Below are positions 29,226 through 39,075 of a DNA stretch of 64,000 nucleotides, piece after piece (the stretch's first letter is position 1; each line of letters begins with the position of its first letter). Below the pieces are notes generated by a model. It was not told the DNA's origin and did no database searches. It saw nothing but the letters and a program-made list of their open reading frames with translations. The DNA is taken from contig JAZAMN010000034.1 of the NCBI GenBank assembly GCA_036229005.1, positions 1 through 64,000 of the forward strand. The letters are read 5' to 3'. The position numbers and the translations under genes are program-made. This DNA is from Myxococcota bacterium. Lineage in GTDB: Bacteria; Myxococcota_A; UBA796; CAJQPC01.

Positions 29226-29513
29226 TCAGGTCCAGGGGTCCTGGCTCGCAGAGCTGGGAATGGGGGGCAGATCCGCGGGGCCCCGGCGGCGGAAGAGGGC
29301 GCCGAGGATCAGGCCCATCAGCAGGCCCACCGCCAGCGTCACGGCCATCAGCACGGGCACGGAGACTGGCTGGGCGAGCTGCGTGGCGAAGAAGCCGAGG
29401 TTCAGGGACAGCCCGGTCACCCGGCTGGCGTTCTGCAGCCAGAAGAGCGCGGTGGGGGTGCCGACGAGCAGCAGCGTGACCGCAGCGAAGATCAGCTTGG
29501 CTTTGGTGTTCAT
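29226..29513 (-). CDS. LapA-family small membrane protein
   Basis: Two TM segments around LFWLQN; downstream of rpsA; AGAGGAG RBS. Confidence 0.7.
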   Translation of the reverse strand: MNTKAKLIFAAVTLLLVGTPTALFWLQNASRVTGLSLNLGFFATQLAQPVSVPVLMAVTLAVGLLMGLILGALFRRRGPADLPPIPSSASQDPWT

Positions 29514-29595
29514 GGGCACTCCTCTGAGAGCGTGCGGGCCTCACCCGCCTGTATCACGACAGCCCGGACGGGCCAGAGGGGGGCCCCCAGAGCAG

Positions 29596-29627
29596 CAACG
29601 GCAGCGGGGATGAACCCGCTGCCGTTG
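29596..29627 (-). terminator. 13-bp perfect hairpin downstream of rpsA (terminator or stability element)
   Basis: CAACGGCAGCGGG-GATGAA-CCCGCTGCCGTTG; weak U-tract. Confidence 0.65.
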
Positions 29628-29663
29628 ACTGTTGGTGCGCTCAGGGAGCGCGGCGAACGAGGA

Positions 29664-31385
29664 TCAGCCCTCGTCCTCCTGCACCTTGAGGTCCAGGTGG
29701 CCCATCAGGTCGCCCAGACTGGCGCCGGGGGTGCCCTGCTTGGCGATGTAGTCCTTGACGTCGTTCACCTCGGAGACCTGCTCGTCGGCGCCGGCCTCGG
29801 AGAGGCTGATCTTGCGGTCGTGGGAGTCGATGTTCAGGATGCTCACGGTGAGGGGCTTGCCCACAGCGTAGGTGTCCATCCAGTCGCCCTCGGAGCCGGC
29901 CAGCTCGGAGACGTGGACCAGACCCTCGACGCCGTCCTCGAGCTCCACGAACACGCCGAAGTCAGCGACGTGGACGATGGGGCCCTGCAGGACCTGACCC
30001 AGGAAGTAGCGGCCCTGCACGGACAGCCAGGGATCCTCGGTGAGCTGCTTGATGCCCAGGGAGAAGCGCTCGCCGTAGCGGTCGATGTTCAGCACGCGAG
30101 CCTCGACCTCGTCGCCCTTCTGGAAGCGATCGGAGGGGTGACGCAGGCGCTGGCCCCAGGACAGGTCGCTGATGTGCACCAGGCCGTCGATGCCATCCTC
30201 GATGCCCACGAAGATGCCGAAGTCGGTGATGTTGCGCACCTTGCCCTTGACGATGGTGCCGACGGGGTAGCGCTCCTCGATGCGGTCCCAGGGGTTCTCC
30301 TCGAGCTGACGCATGCCGAGAGAGATCCGCTTGTTCTCCATGTCGATGCCCAGCACCTGAGCCTCGACCACGTCGCCGATGGCGACCAGCTTGGAGGGGT
30401 GCTTGACGCGCTTGTTCCAGGTCATCTCGGAGATGTGGACCAGACCCTCGATGCCGTCCTCGAGCTCGATGAAGGAGCCGTAGTCGGGGATGGACACGAC
30501 CTTGCCGCGGACGATGGAGCCCACGGGGTACTTGTAGTCCACCTCGTCCCAGGGGTCGGGACGCATCTGCTTGTAGCCCAGGGAGACGCGCTGGGAGTCA
30601 GCGTCGAACTTGAGGACCTTGACCTCGATGCTCTGACCGACCTCGAACATCTCGGAGGGGTGGTTGATGCGGCCGTAGGACATGTCGGTGATGTGCAGCA
30701 GGCCGTCGATCCCGCCCAGGTCCACGAAGGCGCCGTAGTCGGTGATGTTCTTGATGACGCCGTTCATGATGGCGCCAACGTGCAGGCGACCCACGGTCTC
30801 CATGCGCTTGCTCTCGCGCTCCTCCTCGAGGAGGACGCGGCGGGACAGCACGATGTTGCCGCGGCGCTTGTTGAACTTGATGATGCGGAAGTCGAAGGCC
30901 TCGCCGATCAGCTTGTCCAGGTTCTTGACGGGACGCAGGTCCACCTGGGAGCCGGGGAGGAAGGCCTTGACGCCGATGTTCACGGACAGGCCGCCCTTGA
31001 CGCGGGCGACGATGGTGCCGTTCACGGTCTCGTTGGCCTCGACCGCCTTGGCGACCTCGTCCCAGGCCTTCATCAGGTCGGCCTTCTCCTTGGAGAGGTG
31101 CAGCTCGCCGTCTTCCTCGGACATGTTGCCCAGGTAGACATCGACCTTGTCACCAGGCTGGATGGTGGCGACGCCGGTCTCATCCTTGAACTGGTGCAGA
31201 GGGATGCGGCCCTCGGCCTTGTAGCCCACGTCCACCGTGACCCAGTCGCCCTCGATGGCGATCACGGTGCCGGTGACGACCGACTGCTCCTTGATGTTGG
31301 AGGTGGACAGGTAGTCGTCGAAGTAGGCCTTGAAGTCGTCAGAAGCAAGGTCAGCGAGGTTGGCGTCGAGATCGATGGTGCTCAT
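29664..31385 (-). CDS. rpsA: 30S ribosomal protein S1
   Basis: Six S1 repeats; AFLPGSQVDLRP, DYGAFVDLGGIDGLLHITDMS. Confidence 0.98.
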   Translation of the reverse strand: MSTIDLDANLADLASDDFKAYFDDYLSTSNIKEQSVVTGTVIAIEGDWVTVDVGYKAEGRIPLHQFKDETGVATIQPGDKVDVYLGNMSEEDGELHLSKEKADLMKAWDEVAKAVEANETVNGTIVARVKGGLSVNIGVKAFLPGSQVDLRPVKNLDKLIGEAFDFRIIKFNKRRGNIVLSRRVLLEEERESKRMETVGRLHVGAIMNGVIKNITDYGAFVDLGGIDGLLHITDMSYGRINHPSEMFEVGQSIEVKVLKFDADSQRVSLGYKQMRPDPWDEVDYKYPVGSIVRGKVVSIPDYGSFIELEDGIEGLVHISEMTWNKRVKHPSKLVAIGDVVEAQVLGIDMENKRISLGMRQLEENPWDRIEERYPVGTIVKGKVRNITDFGIFVGIEDGIDGLVHISDLSWGQRLRHPSDRFQKGDEVEARVLNIDRYGERFSLGIKQLTEDPWLSVQGRYFLGQVLQGPIVHVADFGVFVELEDGVEGLVHVSELAGSEGDWMDTYAVGKPLTVSILNIDSHDRKISLSEAGADEQVSEVNDVKDYIAKQGTPGASLGDLMGHLDLKVQEDEG

Positions 31386-31531
31386 TCGTTTCCTGCCTCA
31401 ACCAGGTCGGGATTGACCCGTCGAGGGTTTGGGTTCTTTTTGGCTGATGCCCACCAGCAGGGGAATTCCGGCCATTTGGGCAGCAGACAGACGAAGCCCC
31501 CGGACCCAGGTCCAGGGGGGATTGGACCGCC

Positions 31532-31560
31532 CTATTATCCGACGAAAAACCGCCCGTCAA
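31532..31560 (-). promoter_or_regulatory. Candidate sigma70 promoter for rpsA
   Basis: TTGACG at 31560-31555, followed by GATAAT (15-nt spacer) or TAATAG (17-nt spacer). Confidence 0.45.
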
Positions 31561-31565
31561 GGGGA

Positions 31566-32258
31566 TCAGACACCCCTCTCCCGGGCCAGGCCGATGATGT
31601 GGTCGGCGGCTGCTTCGGGGGTCATCCGGGTGGTGTCCAGGTAGATGGCGTCCTCCGCCTGGGCCAGCGGTGCCGTCTCACGTCCGGCGTCCTGGGCGTC
31701 CCTCGCCGCCAGGTCGGCGCGAACCTGGGACAGCGCCTTCTCGACCCCGCGGCCAGCCAGCTCGGCGTGGCGGCGGTTGGCCCGGACGTCCAGATCGGCG
31801 TCCAGGAAGACCTTGAGGGGCGCATCCGGCAGCACGACGGTCCCGATGTCCCGACCATCCAGCACCACGCCCTGGGTCGCGGCGAGCTCGCGCTGGACGC
31901 CCAGCAGCGCCTTGCGGACCAGCGGCAGCGTAGCGACCTTGGAGGCCCCCTTCCCCACCTGTTCGGTGCGGATGTCGTGGGTGAAGTCCTCGCCGTTCAC
32001 CGCGACGCGGAAGGCCCCGTCGTCGAAGCGGAACTGGAAGCGCAGGCCCTCGGCGATGTCCGCGAGCACGAACTCATCCTCCCAGGGCACCTTCTCCCGG
32101 AGCGCCGTGAGCGCCACCGAGCGGTACATCGATCCGGTGTCCACGTAGGCGAACCCCAGGCGCTGGGCCACCAGGCGCGCGACCGTCCCCTTGCCCGAGC
32201 TGGCGGGTCCGTCGATGGCAATGGCGAAGCCTCGGGGGGCGGACTCAGACGCGGACAC
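31566..32258 (-). CDS. cmk: Cytidylate kinase
   Basis: IAIDGPASSGKGT, DTGSMYR, DGRDIGTVVLP. Confidence 0.96.
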   Translation of the reverse strand: MSASESAPRGFAIAIDGPASSGKGTVARLVAQRLGFAYVDTGSMYRSVALTALREKVPWEDEFVLADIAEGLRFQFRFDDGAFRVAVNGEDFTHDIRTEQVGKGASKVATLPLVRKALLGVQRELAATQGVVLDGRDIGTVVLPDAPLKVFLDADLDVRANRRHAELAGRGVEKALSQVRADLAARDAQDAGRETAPLAQAEDAIYLDTTRMTPEAAADHIIGLARERGV

Positions 32259-33540
32259 GGGCGTGCTCCAGGAGCTTGGGGAAGGTGGGGAAGGAGGTGG
32301 AGACGTTCTCGGTGTCGGACACGTGGACCTCACCGTCTGCTGCGCAGCCAGCGACGCAGAAGGACATCGCGATGCGGTGGTCCCCAAACGAGGTCACCTG
32401 ACCGCCAGACAGCCGCCCACCCTGGATGATCATCCCGTCGGGGGTCTCCTCGACCTGGCCTCCACAGGCGCGCAGGCCCGCGGCCGTGGCGGCGATGCGG
32501 TCGGACTCCTTGACCCGGAGCTCGTGGGCGTCCGAGATCACGGTCTCACCCTCCGCGAACGCAGCGGCGATCGCCAGCACGGGGACCTCGTCGATGAGTC
32601 GAGGGATGAGGTCCCCGGACACCGTGGTGCCCTGGAGGTGGGCGTGCCGGATCCGGAGATCCCCGATCGGCTCCCCTCCCGACTCCCGCAGATCCAGGAC
32701 CTCCAGGTCCGCGCCCATGGCCTGCAGCGCGTCCACGATCCCGGCCCGCGTGGGGTTCAGGCCCACGCCCTCCAGCACAAGGTCAGAGCCCGGCGTGATG
32801 GCCGCGGCCACCAGGAAGAAGGCCGCCGAGGAGATGTCTCCGGGTACCTGCACATCGACCGCCTGTAGCGACTGACCGCCGGGCAGCACCAAGTGGCCCT
32901 TGCCGTCCATCTCCAGCTCCGCGCCCATCGCCTTGAACAGGCGCTCGGAGTGGTCCCGGGAGAGGCTCGGCTCGCGGTAGTCCAGGGTGCCTGTGGCCCC
33001 GAGGCTGGCGAGCATCATGGCGGTCTTGACCTGCGCGGAGGCGATCTGGGACTCCATGGGCCCCACGCGGAGGTTGCCCCCCCGGACGCTCAGAGGCGCC
33101 CGGTCTCCACCCTGCCGGCCGTCGAAGCGCGCACCGAGGGCAGACAGCGGCCCGGTCACCCGGCGCATCGGGCGGCGGCGCAGGTGCTGATCCCCGGTGA
33201 GCACGGCGTAGAGATCCTGCCCCGCGAGCAGCCCGCAGAGCAGCCGCATGGAGGTGCCCGAGTTGCCGCAGTCCAGCACCTCGAAGGGCTCAAGGAGCTC
33301 GCCCGAGCGCCCCTGGACGACCAGCTCACCGGACATGTCCCCAGAGATCGGAACCCCGAGTGCTTCCATGCACTTACGGGTTGACCTCACATCTCCCGCA
33401 TCAAGGATTCCGGTGACCTTCGCGCGACCCTGGGCCACGCCGTTGAAGATCAGGGAGCGGTGGGAGACCGACTTGTCGCCGGGGACCTTGAGGCGCCCCC
33501 GCAGAGGCCGCCCCGGAGAGACGCTGAGGCTCTGACTCAC
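32245..33540 (-). CDS. aroA: 3-phosphoshikimate 1-carboxyvinyltransferase
   Basis: PGDKSVSHR, DCGNSGTSMRL, ASAQVK, SRDHSER, RVKESDRI, DHRIAM. Confidence 0.97.
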   Translation of the reverse strand: MSQSLSVSPGRPLRGRLKVPGDKSVSHRSLIFNGVAQGRAKVTGILDAGDVRSTRKCMEALGVPISGDMSGELVVQGRSGELLEPFEVLDCGNSGTSMRLLCGLLAGQDLYAVLTGDQHLRRRPMRRVTGPLSALGARFDGRQGGDRAPLSVRGGNLRVGPMESQIASAQVKTAMMLASLGATGTLDYREPSLSRDHSERLFKAMGAELEMDGKGHLVLPGGQSLQAVDVQVPGDISSAAFFLVAAAITPGSDLVLEGVGLNPTRAGIVDALQAMGADLEVLDLRESGGEPIGDLRIRHAHLQGTTVSGDLIPRLIDEVPVLAIAAAFAEGETVISDAHELRVKESDRIAATAAGLRACGGQVEETPDGMIIQGGRLSGGQVTSFGDHRIAMSFCVAGCAADGEVHVSDTENVSTSFPTFPKLLEHARVRV

Positions 33541-34496
33541 GCCAGCTCCTGGTGGGCCCCCAGCTTGCGGAAGCGCTCGTAGCGGTCCTCCTTGAGCTGC
33601 TCGCCGTCCATCTCACTGAGCTCGCCGAGGTGCTTGCGCAGCGCGGCCCCCAAGGCCTCGAAGGTGGCCGCGTGGTCCCGGTGGGCGCCGCCCGCGGGCT
33701 CCGGCACGATCTCGTCGGCCACGCCCAGCTCCAGGCAGTCTGCGGCGGTGATGCGCAGCGCCTCGGCGGCGGTGGGGGCCTCGGCCCGGTCACGCCAGAG
33801 GATGGCCGCGCAGCCCTCGGGGGAGATCACCGAGTAGACGGCGTTCTCCATCATCAGCACGCGGTTTCCGACGCCCACAGCCAGCGCGCCGCCGGAGCCA
33901 CCCTCGCCGATGACGACCACGATGATGGGCACGGTGTAGGTGCTCATCTCCATGATGTTCCGGGCGATGGCCTCGGCCTGCCCGCGGGCCTCCGCGTCGA
34001 TGCCCGGGAAGGCGCCGGAGGTGTCGATGAAGGTGATGATGGGGTTGCCGCGGCGGTTCGCGAGCTCCATCAAGCGCAGGGCCTTTCGGTAGCCCTCGGG
34101 GCGGGCCATGCCGAAGTTGTGCTTGAGGTTCTCCTTGGTGTTGCGGCCCTTCTGGTGGCCCATCACCAGCACGGGCTGGCCGTCGAACCAGGCGCTGCCG
34201 CAGACGATGGCCGCGTCCTCGTGGCCGGCCCGGTCGCCCTTGAGCTCACGGAAGTCCGTGAACAGGGCCTTGATGTAGTCCAGGCTGTAGGGGCGCTTGG
34301 GGTGCCGCGAGAGCTGCGTGCGCTGCCAGCGGGACAGATCGGAGAAGATCTGCTCCTGCAGGCGCGTGGCCTGATCCTCAAGCTGGGCGATGGACGCCGA
34401 GAGGTCCAGCCCATCCTCGTCCTGCATCTTCTGCAGGGTCTGGATGCGCTTGTTGAGCTCGATGAGGGGACGCTCGAACTCCAAGGTCATGTCCAT
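33537..34496 (-). CDS. accA: Acetyl-CoA carboxylase carboxyltransferase alpha subunit
   Basis: LEFERP, RHPKRP, PEGYRKALR, GEGGSGGALA, YSVISPEGCAAILW. Confidence 0.97.
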   Translation of the reverse strand: MDMTLEFERPLIELNKRIQTLQKMQDEDGLDLSASIAQLEDQATRLQEQIFSDLSRWQRTQLSRHPKRPYSLDYIKALFTDFRELKGDRAGHEDAAIVCGSAWFDGQPVLVMGHQKGRNTKENLKHNFGMARPEGYRKALRLMELANRRGNPIITFIDTSGAFPGIDAEARGQAEAIARNIMEMSTYTVPIIVVVIGEGGSGGALAVGVGNRVLMMENAVYSVISPEGCAAILWRDRAEAPTAAEALRITAADCLELGVADEIVPEPAGGAHRDHAATFEALGAALRKHLGELSEMDGEQLKEDRYERFRKLGAHQELA

Positions 34497-34555
34497 GGGG
34501 GACCTCCGCTAGGGCCACCGGACCTATCCGCCGATGCCGGCCCCCGCTACCTCCC

Positions 34556-34969
34556 TCAGATTGTGTCCAGCGCGTAGGCCCCCGCCGCCAGCTCCCGCTC
34601 CGGCAGGGTCAGCGTGCCGTCGTCCAGCTCCACGTTCACCGGAACGCCCGCTGGGATCAGCACCTGCGCGTCCACCGAGCAGGTGTGGGGCACGGCGCAG
34701 CGCATGTCCATGGTCAGCACCCCGTCCTCGACCCGGGTCTCCAGGGCGAAGCCGCCGCTGGGGCCGGAGAGGCTGCGCTCGACCCAGGCGTCCTCGCTGT
34801 CGTGCACGCCGAGCTCCAGGTCGCCGTGCTCCAGGTGGATCTGCACCTGCTCGAAGGGCTCGTCGATGACGAAAGCCTCATCGACGCTGGACTTCTCGCA
34901 GGCCACGAGCAGGCCTACGGCGAGCAGGGCGGCGATCGCGGGGTAGAGGGTGACGCGGGCGAGGGACAT
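34556..34969 (-). CDS. Hypothetical lipoprotein (DUF4097/adhesin-like beta-rich)
   Basis: Lipobox LVAC; beta-strand pattern ending CSVDAQVLIPAGVPV. Confidence 0.6.
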   Translation of the reverse strand: MSLARVTLYPAIAALLAVGLLVACEKSSVDEAFVIDEPFEQVQIHLEHGDLELGVHDSEDAWVERSLSGPSGGFALETRVEDGVLTMDMRCAVPHTCSVDAQVLIPAGVPVNVELDDGTLTLPERELAAGAYALDTI

Positions 34970-35052
34970 GGGGCTTCCGGGGGCTGATGGGCTTCCCTTG
35001 GTCTGACACTGCCTGCGACGGAAAGCGCTACCCGGACATTCACACCGGCACC

Positions 35053-35931
35053 CTACGGAGAGCCGAAGGCCTGCTCCGCCGCCCGAAGGATGCTGTCCAG
35101 ATCCCCGCCATCCACGGGCTCGAAGCCCCCCAGCGACCGGAACATGTTGCGTTGCTTCCGGGAGAAGCGGCGGGTGTCCCGCTGGGTCAGCGCCACGGCC
35201 TCACCAAGCTCAACTTCACCTGAAAGGTGAGCAGCCAACCATTTGTAACCCAAGGACTTCATCGGCTTGATGTCACGCCCCCATCCAGCGGTCAGGAGTC
35301 CCCTCACCTCGTCCAGGTAGCCCGCCTCCATCATCAGCTTCACCCGCAGATCGATGCGCGCGGAGAGGTCCTCGCGGTCCAACATCAGGCGCACGGCCGG
35401 GTGCCTGGGACTCGAGAGATCGTGCCGCGCGTGGATCCTGGAGAGCGGCTCACCCGTCAGGCGGTGGACCTCCAGGCCGCGGATGACCCGCACCCGGTCG
35501 TTGGGGTGGAGGCGCCCTGCCAGCTCGGGATCGACGCGGGCCAGCTCGGCGTGAGGGTCCTCCAGGGTCTCGAGCTCAGCGCGCAGCGCGGGGTCGGCCG
35601 GAGGCGCCGGAGCGAGCCCCGTGAGCAGGGCCCGGATGTAGAAGCCGGTGCCGCCCGCTACCACCACCCGCGCGTTCTCCGCCAGGATGCGGTCGGTGTC
35701 CTCCGCGAAGTCCGCCGCGCTGTAGGGCTGGTCCGGGTCGCGAATGTCCACCAGATGGTGCGGCCAGCGGGTCAGCACCTCGGGCTCGGGCTTGGCGGTG
35801 CCGATGTCCATGCCCCGGTAGACCTGCATGGCGTCTGCCGAGACGATCTCCGCCCCCCAGCGCCGCGCGATCTCGATGGCGGCGTCGGTCTTGCCCGTCG
35901 CGGTGGGCCCTCCCAGCACGAGCAGCTTCAT
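35053..35931 (-). CDS. miaA: tRNA dimethylallyltransferase
   Basis: GPTATGKT, SADAMQVYRGMDIGTAKP, GGTGFY. Confidence 0.96.
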   Translation of the reverse strand: MKLLVLGGPTATGKTDAAIEIARRWGAEIVSADAMQVYRGMDIGTAKPEPEVLTRWPHHLVDIRDPDQPYSAADFAEDTDRILAENARVVVAGGTGFYIRALLTGLAPAPPADPALRAELETLEDPHAELARVDPELAGRLHPNDRVRVIRGLEVHRLTGEPLSRIHARHDLSSPRHPAVRLMLDREDLSARIDLRVKLMMEAGYLDEVRGLLTAGWGRDIKPMKSLGYKWLAAHLSGEVELGEAVALTQRDTRRFSRKQRNMFRSLGGFEPVDGGDLDSILRAAEQAFGSP

Positions 35932-37682
35932 CGCAGCTTCCGGGCCAGCTCGTCACCGCTCAGGACCCAGGCCAGCGCGTCGGGGCCCAGGCGGGTCAGC
36001 TCCTTGACCAGGGCCCGCAGCTCAAAGGGCGAGAGCTTGGAGATCTCCGCCTCCTGCGCACTGCGGACGATCACGCTGACCATGTCCTCGCCGGCGGCCA
36101 GAGCGCGAACCAGGTGGGGGAGGTCCCCGCGACCCAGAGAGGGGTGGACGGCCATGACGGCGAAGGTCCCCTCCCCGTAGTCCTCGATCCGAACGGTCCC
36201 CGGGAGCGCATCCAAGCGACCGCGCAGCGCCTTGGCCTGCTCGGGGCCCAGATCCACGAGCTCCGGGGTGAGCAGCGGGCGTGCGCTTGCCCGACCTGAG
36301 CGCAGCTCCGACTCCAACAAGGCCGACTGCACCCGCGGGATGTCGAAGAGCAGGAGGTCAGAGGCGCGTTGGCACACCAGGGTGCGGCCGGCCTGCCCCA
36401 CCAACTGCAGTCCCTGTCCCACACTGGTGATGCCGCTGGGCGCCTGCGAGGTGCGGCTGGGCACGGGCGCAAATGGGTCTACGTAGGGCCGCGGCGGAGG
36501 GGGGGCCTGGGGGCGGTCGGCGCTGGGGGCCACGGGCGACTGCTGCGAGGCTTCGGGGCTCCGGGGGAGCTCGGGGACCGGTGAACGCGGGGCTGGCGAT
36601 GTTGGGGCGGCTTGGGGCTCTGCGACGCTGAATGGCAGGGCGCTCTGGCCAGGGGCCTCGGGGCTGCGCTGGAAGGGTCGCTGGGTCTGGACGCCCTTCT
36701 CGTGCAGGCCGGCGCGCAGGCCCTCGCTGAGGACCTCGAAGAGCTGCTGGCCGTAGCGGAAGCGGACCTCGGTCTTGGCGGGGTGGATGTTGACGTCCAC
36801 GTCCTCCACCGGGAGGCGCACCTCGAGCACCACCACCGGGTAGCGTCCCTTGGGGATGAGGTGGCGGTAGGCCTCGTTCACCGCGCGCCGCAGCAGGGGG
36901 TCCCGGACGAAGCGGCCGTTGACGTAGAGGTACATCGCCCCTGCGGCCCCGGGCTTGTGGACACCGACCGGCGAAAGCAGCGCCTCGACCTCCAGCTCCC
37001 CCGCGGAGAAGCTGACCGGGACGAGGCTGTCCCCGTGGGAGGGCAGCAGATCCATGGCCCGGCGCGCGCGGCCGTCGGCCTGCGGACCCCGGAGGAGCGT
37101 GCGGCCTTCGTGCTCGACCTTGAAGTCCACGTGGGGACGCACCAGCGCCTCGCGCCGGACGGCCTCCACGCAGTGGTTGAGTTCGGTGGGCACCGTGCGC
37201 AGGAAGCCCCGGCGCACGGGGATGTTGAAGAAGAGGTTGCGCACCGTGATGCGGGTGCCGGGGGCAGCGCCGGTGGGCTCCGGCTTGCGCATGCGCCCGC
37301 CCTCGACGACCACCTTGAAGCCGACGTCGGCGTCCGCGGGCCGCGAGACGATCTCCACGCGAGCGACCGAGGCGATGGACGGCAGGGCCTCTCCGCGGAA
37401 GCCCAGGGTGTGGACGCGGCCCAGGTCCTCCTCCCGGCGGATCTTGGAGGTGCCGTGGCGCTCGATGCACATCAGGACGTCGTCGGGGTCCATGCCGACG
37501 CCGTTGTCCTCGATGCGGATGAGCTCCCGACCGCCGGCGCGCAGGGTGACCACGACCCGGTCCGCCTGGGCGTCCAGGGCGTTCTCCACCAGCTCCTTGA
37601 CCACCGAAGCGGGCCGCTCCACAACCTCGCCTGCGGCGATCTGGTTGACCAGGTGGTCCTCCAAGATGCGGATGCGGCCCAT
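35928..37682 (-). CDS. mutL: DNA mismatch repair protein MutL (C-terminal endonuclease motifs absent)
   Basis: NQIAAGEVVERPASVVKELVENALDA, GFRGEALPSI, DVNIHPAKTEVRF. Confidence 0.95.
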   Translation of the reverse strand: MGRIRILEDHLVNQIAAGEVVERPASVVKELVENALDAQADRVVVTLRAGGRELIRIEDNGVGMDPDDVLMCIERHGTSKIRREEDLGRVHTLGFRGEALPSIASVARVEIVSRPADADVGFKVVVEGGRMRKPEPTGAAPGTRITVRNLFFNIPVRRGFLRTVPTELNHCVEAVRREALVRPHVDFKVEHEGRTLLRGPQADGRARRAMDLLPSHGDSLVPVSFSAGELEVEALLSPVGVHKPGAAGAMYLYVNGRFVRDPLLRRAVNEAYRHLIPKGRYPVVVLEVRLPVEDVDVNIHPAKTEVRFRYGQQLFEVLSEGLRAGLHEKGVQTQRPFQRSPEAPGQSALPFSVAEPQAAPTSPAPRSPVPELPRSPEASQQSPVAPSADRPQAPPPPRPYVDPFAPVPSRTSQAPSGITSVGQGLQLVGQAGRTLVCQRASDLLLFDIPRVQSALLESELRSGRASARPLLTPELVDLGPEQAKALRGRLDALPGTVRIEDYGEGTFAVMAVHPSLGRGDLPHLVRALAAGEDMVSVIVRSAQEAEISKLSPFELRALVKELTRLGPDALAWVLSGDELARKLR

Positions 37683-37686
37683 GGGC

Positions 37687-39075
37687 TCAGACTTCCTCTT
37701 CGTAGTCCTCGCCGGGACGCCGCTTCCGCTTGATGTCGATGCGGATGGGCGTGCCCTCGAAGCCGTAGGCGTCGCGCAGGCGGTTGACCAGGTAGCGCTT
37801 GTAGCTCTCCTCTACCCCCTCGGGGGTGTTGGCGAAGAGCACAAAGGTGGGCGGCCGCACCCGCACCTGGGTCATGTAGTTGAGCTTGACCGGGCGGTTG
37901 TGGCGCTGGGGCACGGAGTGGTTCGCCACCGCGAGCTGCAGGAAGCGGTTGGTCTCCGAGGTGCTCAGGCGCTTGTTGAACTGCTCGTAGATGCGCTCGA
38001 TGGTCTCCAGGATGCGGTGCACCCCCTTGCCGGTGAGCGCGGAGATGTAGAGCACGGGCGCCCACTGGGTGTGGGGAAGCCGGCGGTCCATCTCGTCTTC
38101 GACCACGCGCACGTTCCGGTCCGGGTCCTCGCGGACCAAGTCCCACTTGTTGACCAGGATGACCAGGCAGCGGCCGCGGTCGATGACCCGGCGGGCCAGG
38201 CGAGCGTCCTGCTCGGTCACCCCCTCGGCGCCATCGATCATCAGCAGGGTGACGTGGCAGCGCTCGATGGAGCGGATGGCCTGGGAGACCGCGTAGCCCT
38301 CGAAGGCGGCGTCGACCTTGGACTTCCGGCGCACACCCGCGGTGTCCACGAAGCGCCAGACCCGCTCGCCGTCCGTCCAGACGGAGTCCACGGAGTCCAT
38401 GGTGGTGCCTGGCATGTCTGCGACGATGTGGCGGTCCTCTCCGATCATGCGGTTGACCAGGGTGGACTTGCCGATGTTGGGGCGGCCCACGACGGCGATG
38501 CGCAGCTCGTCGGTGGTCTCCAGCTCGGCCTGCTCGGCCTCGAGGTCCCGCTCGGGCGCGGGGGGCAGCAGCTCCAGGACCTCGTCCATGAGCTGGCTGA
38601 CGCCGGTGCCGTGCTCCGCGGAGATGGTGAACAGCTCGGGCATCCCCAATGCGTAGAACTCCAGGGCGGCGTCCTCCTGCATGAAGCCCTCGACCTTGTT
38701 GCAGACCAGCAGCACGGGCGTATCGGTGCCGCGCAGGAGCCGAGCGACCTCCTCGTCCATGGGGGTCATGCCGGCGCGCACGTCGACCACGAGCAGCACG
38801 ACGTCGGCCTCCTGGACCGCGATCAGGGCCTGCTGGCGCATCGACTTGAACAGGTCACTGTCCGGGCTGGGCTCGAGGCCGCCCGTGTCGATGAACATCA
38901 GGTCCCGACCCCAGCGGTCGGTGTCCGCGTAGTGGCGGTCGCGCGTCACCCCAGGGGTGTCGTGGACGATGGCCGTCCGCTCCCCCAGCAGGCGGTTGAA
39001 GAGGGTGGACTTGCCCACGTTCGGGCGTCCGACCAACGCCACCACGGGCATGGCCTTGGTGTCTTCCTTGCTCAT
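37687..39075 (-). CDS. der: Ribosome biogenesis GTPase Der
   Basis: Two G-domains (GRPNVGKS, GRPNIGKS); FEGTPIRI. Confidence 0.97.
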   Translation of the reverse strand: MSKEDTKAMPVVALVGRPNVGKSTLFNRLLGERTAIVHDTPGVTRDRHYADTDRWGRDLMFIDTGGLEPSPDSDLFKSMRQQALIAVQEADVVLLVVDVRAGMTPMDEEVARLLRGTDTPVLLVCNKVEGFMQEDAALEFYALGMPELFTISAEHGTGVSQLMDEVLELLPPAPERDLEAEQAELETTDELRIAVVGRPNIGKSTLVNRMIGEDRHIVADMPGTTMDSVDSVWTDGERVWRFVDTAGVRRKSKVDAAFEGYAVSQAIRSIERCHVTLLMIDGAEGVTEQDARLARRVIDRGRCLVILVNKWDLVREDPDRNVRVVEDEMDRRLPHTQWAPVLYISALTGKGVHRILETIERIYEQFNKRLSTSETNRFLQLAVANHSVPQRHNRPVKLNYMTQVRVRPPTFVLFANTPEGVEESYKRYLVNRLRDAYGFEGTPIRIDIKRKRRPGEDYEEEV

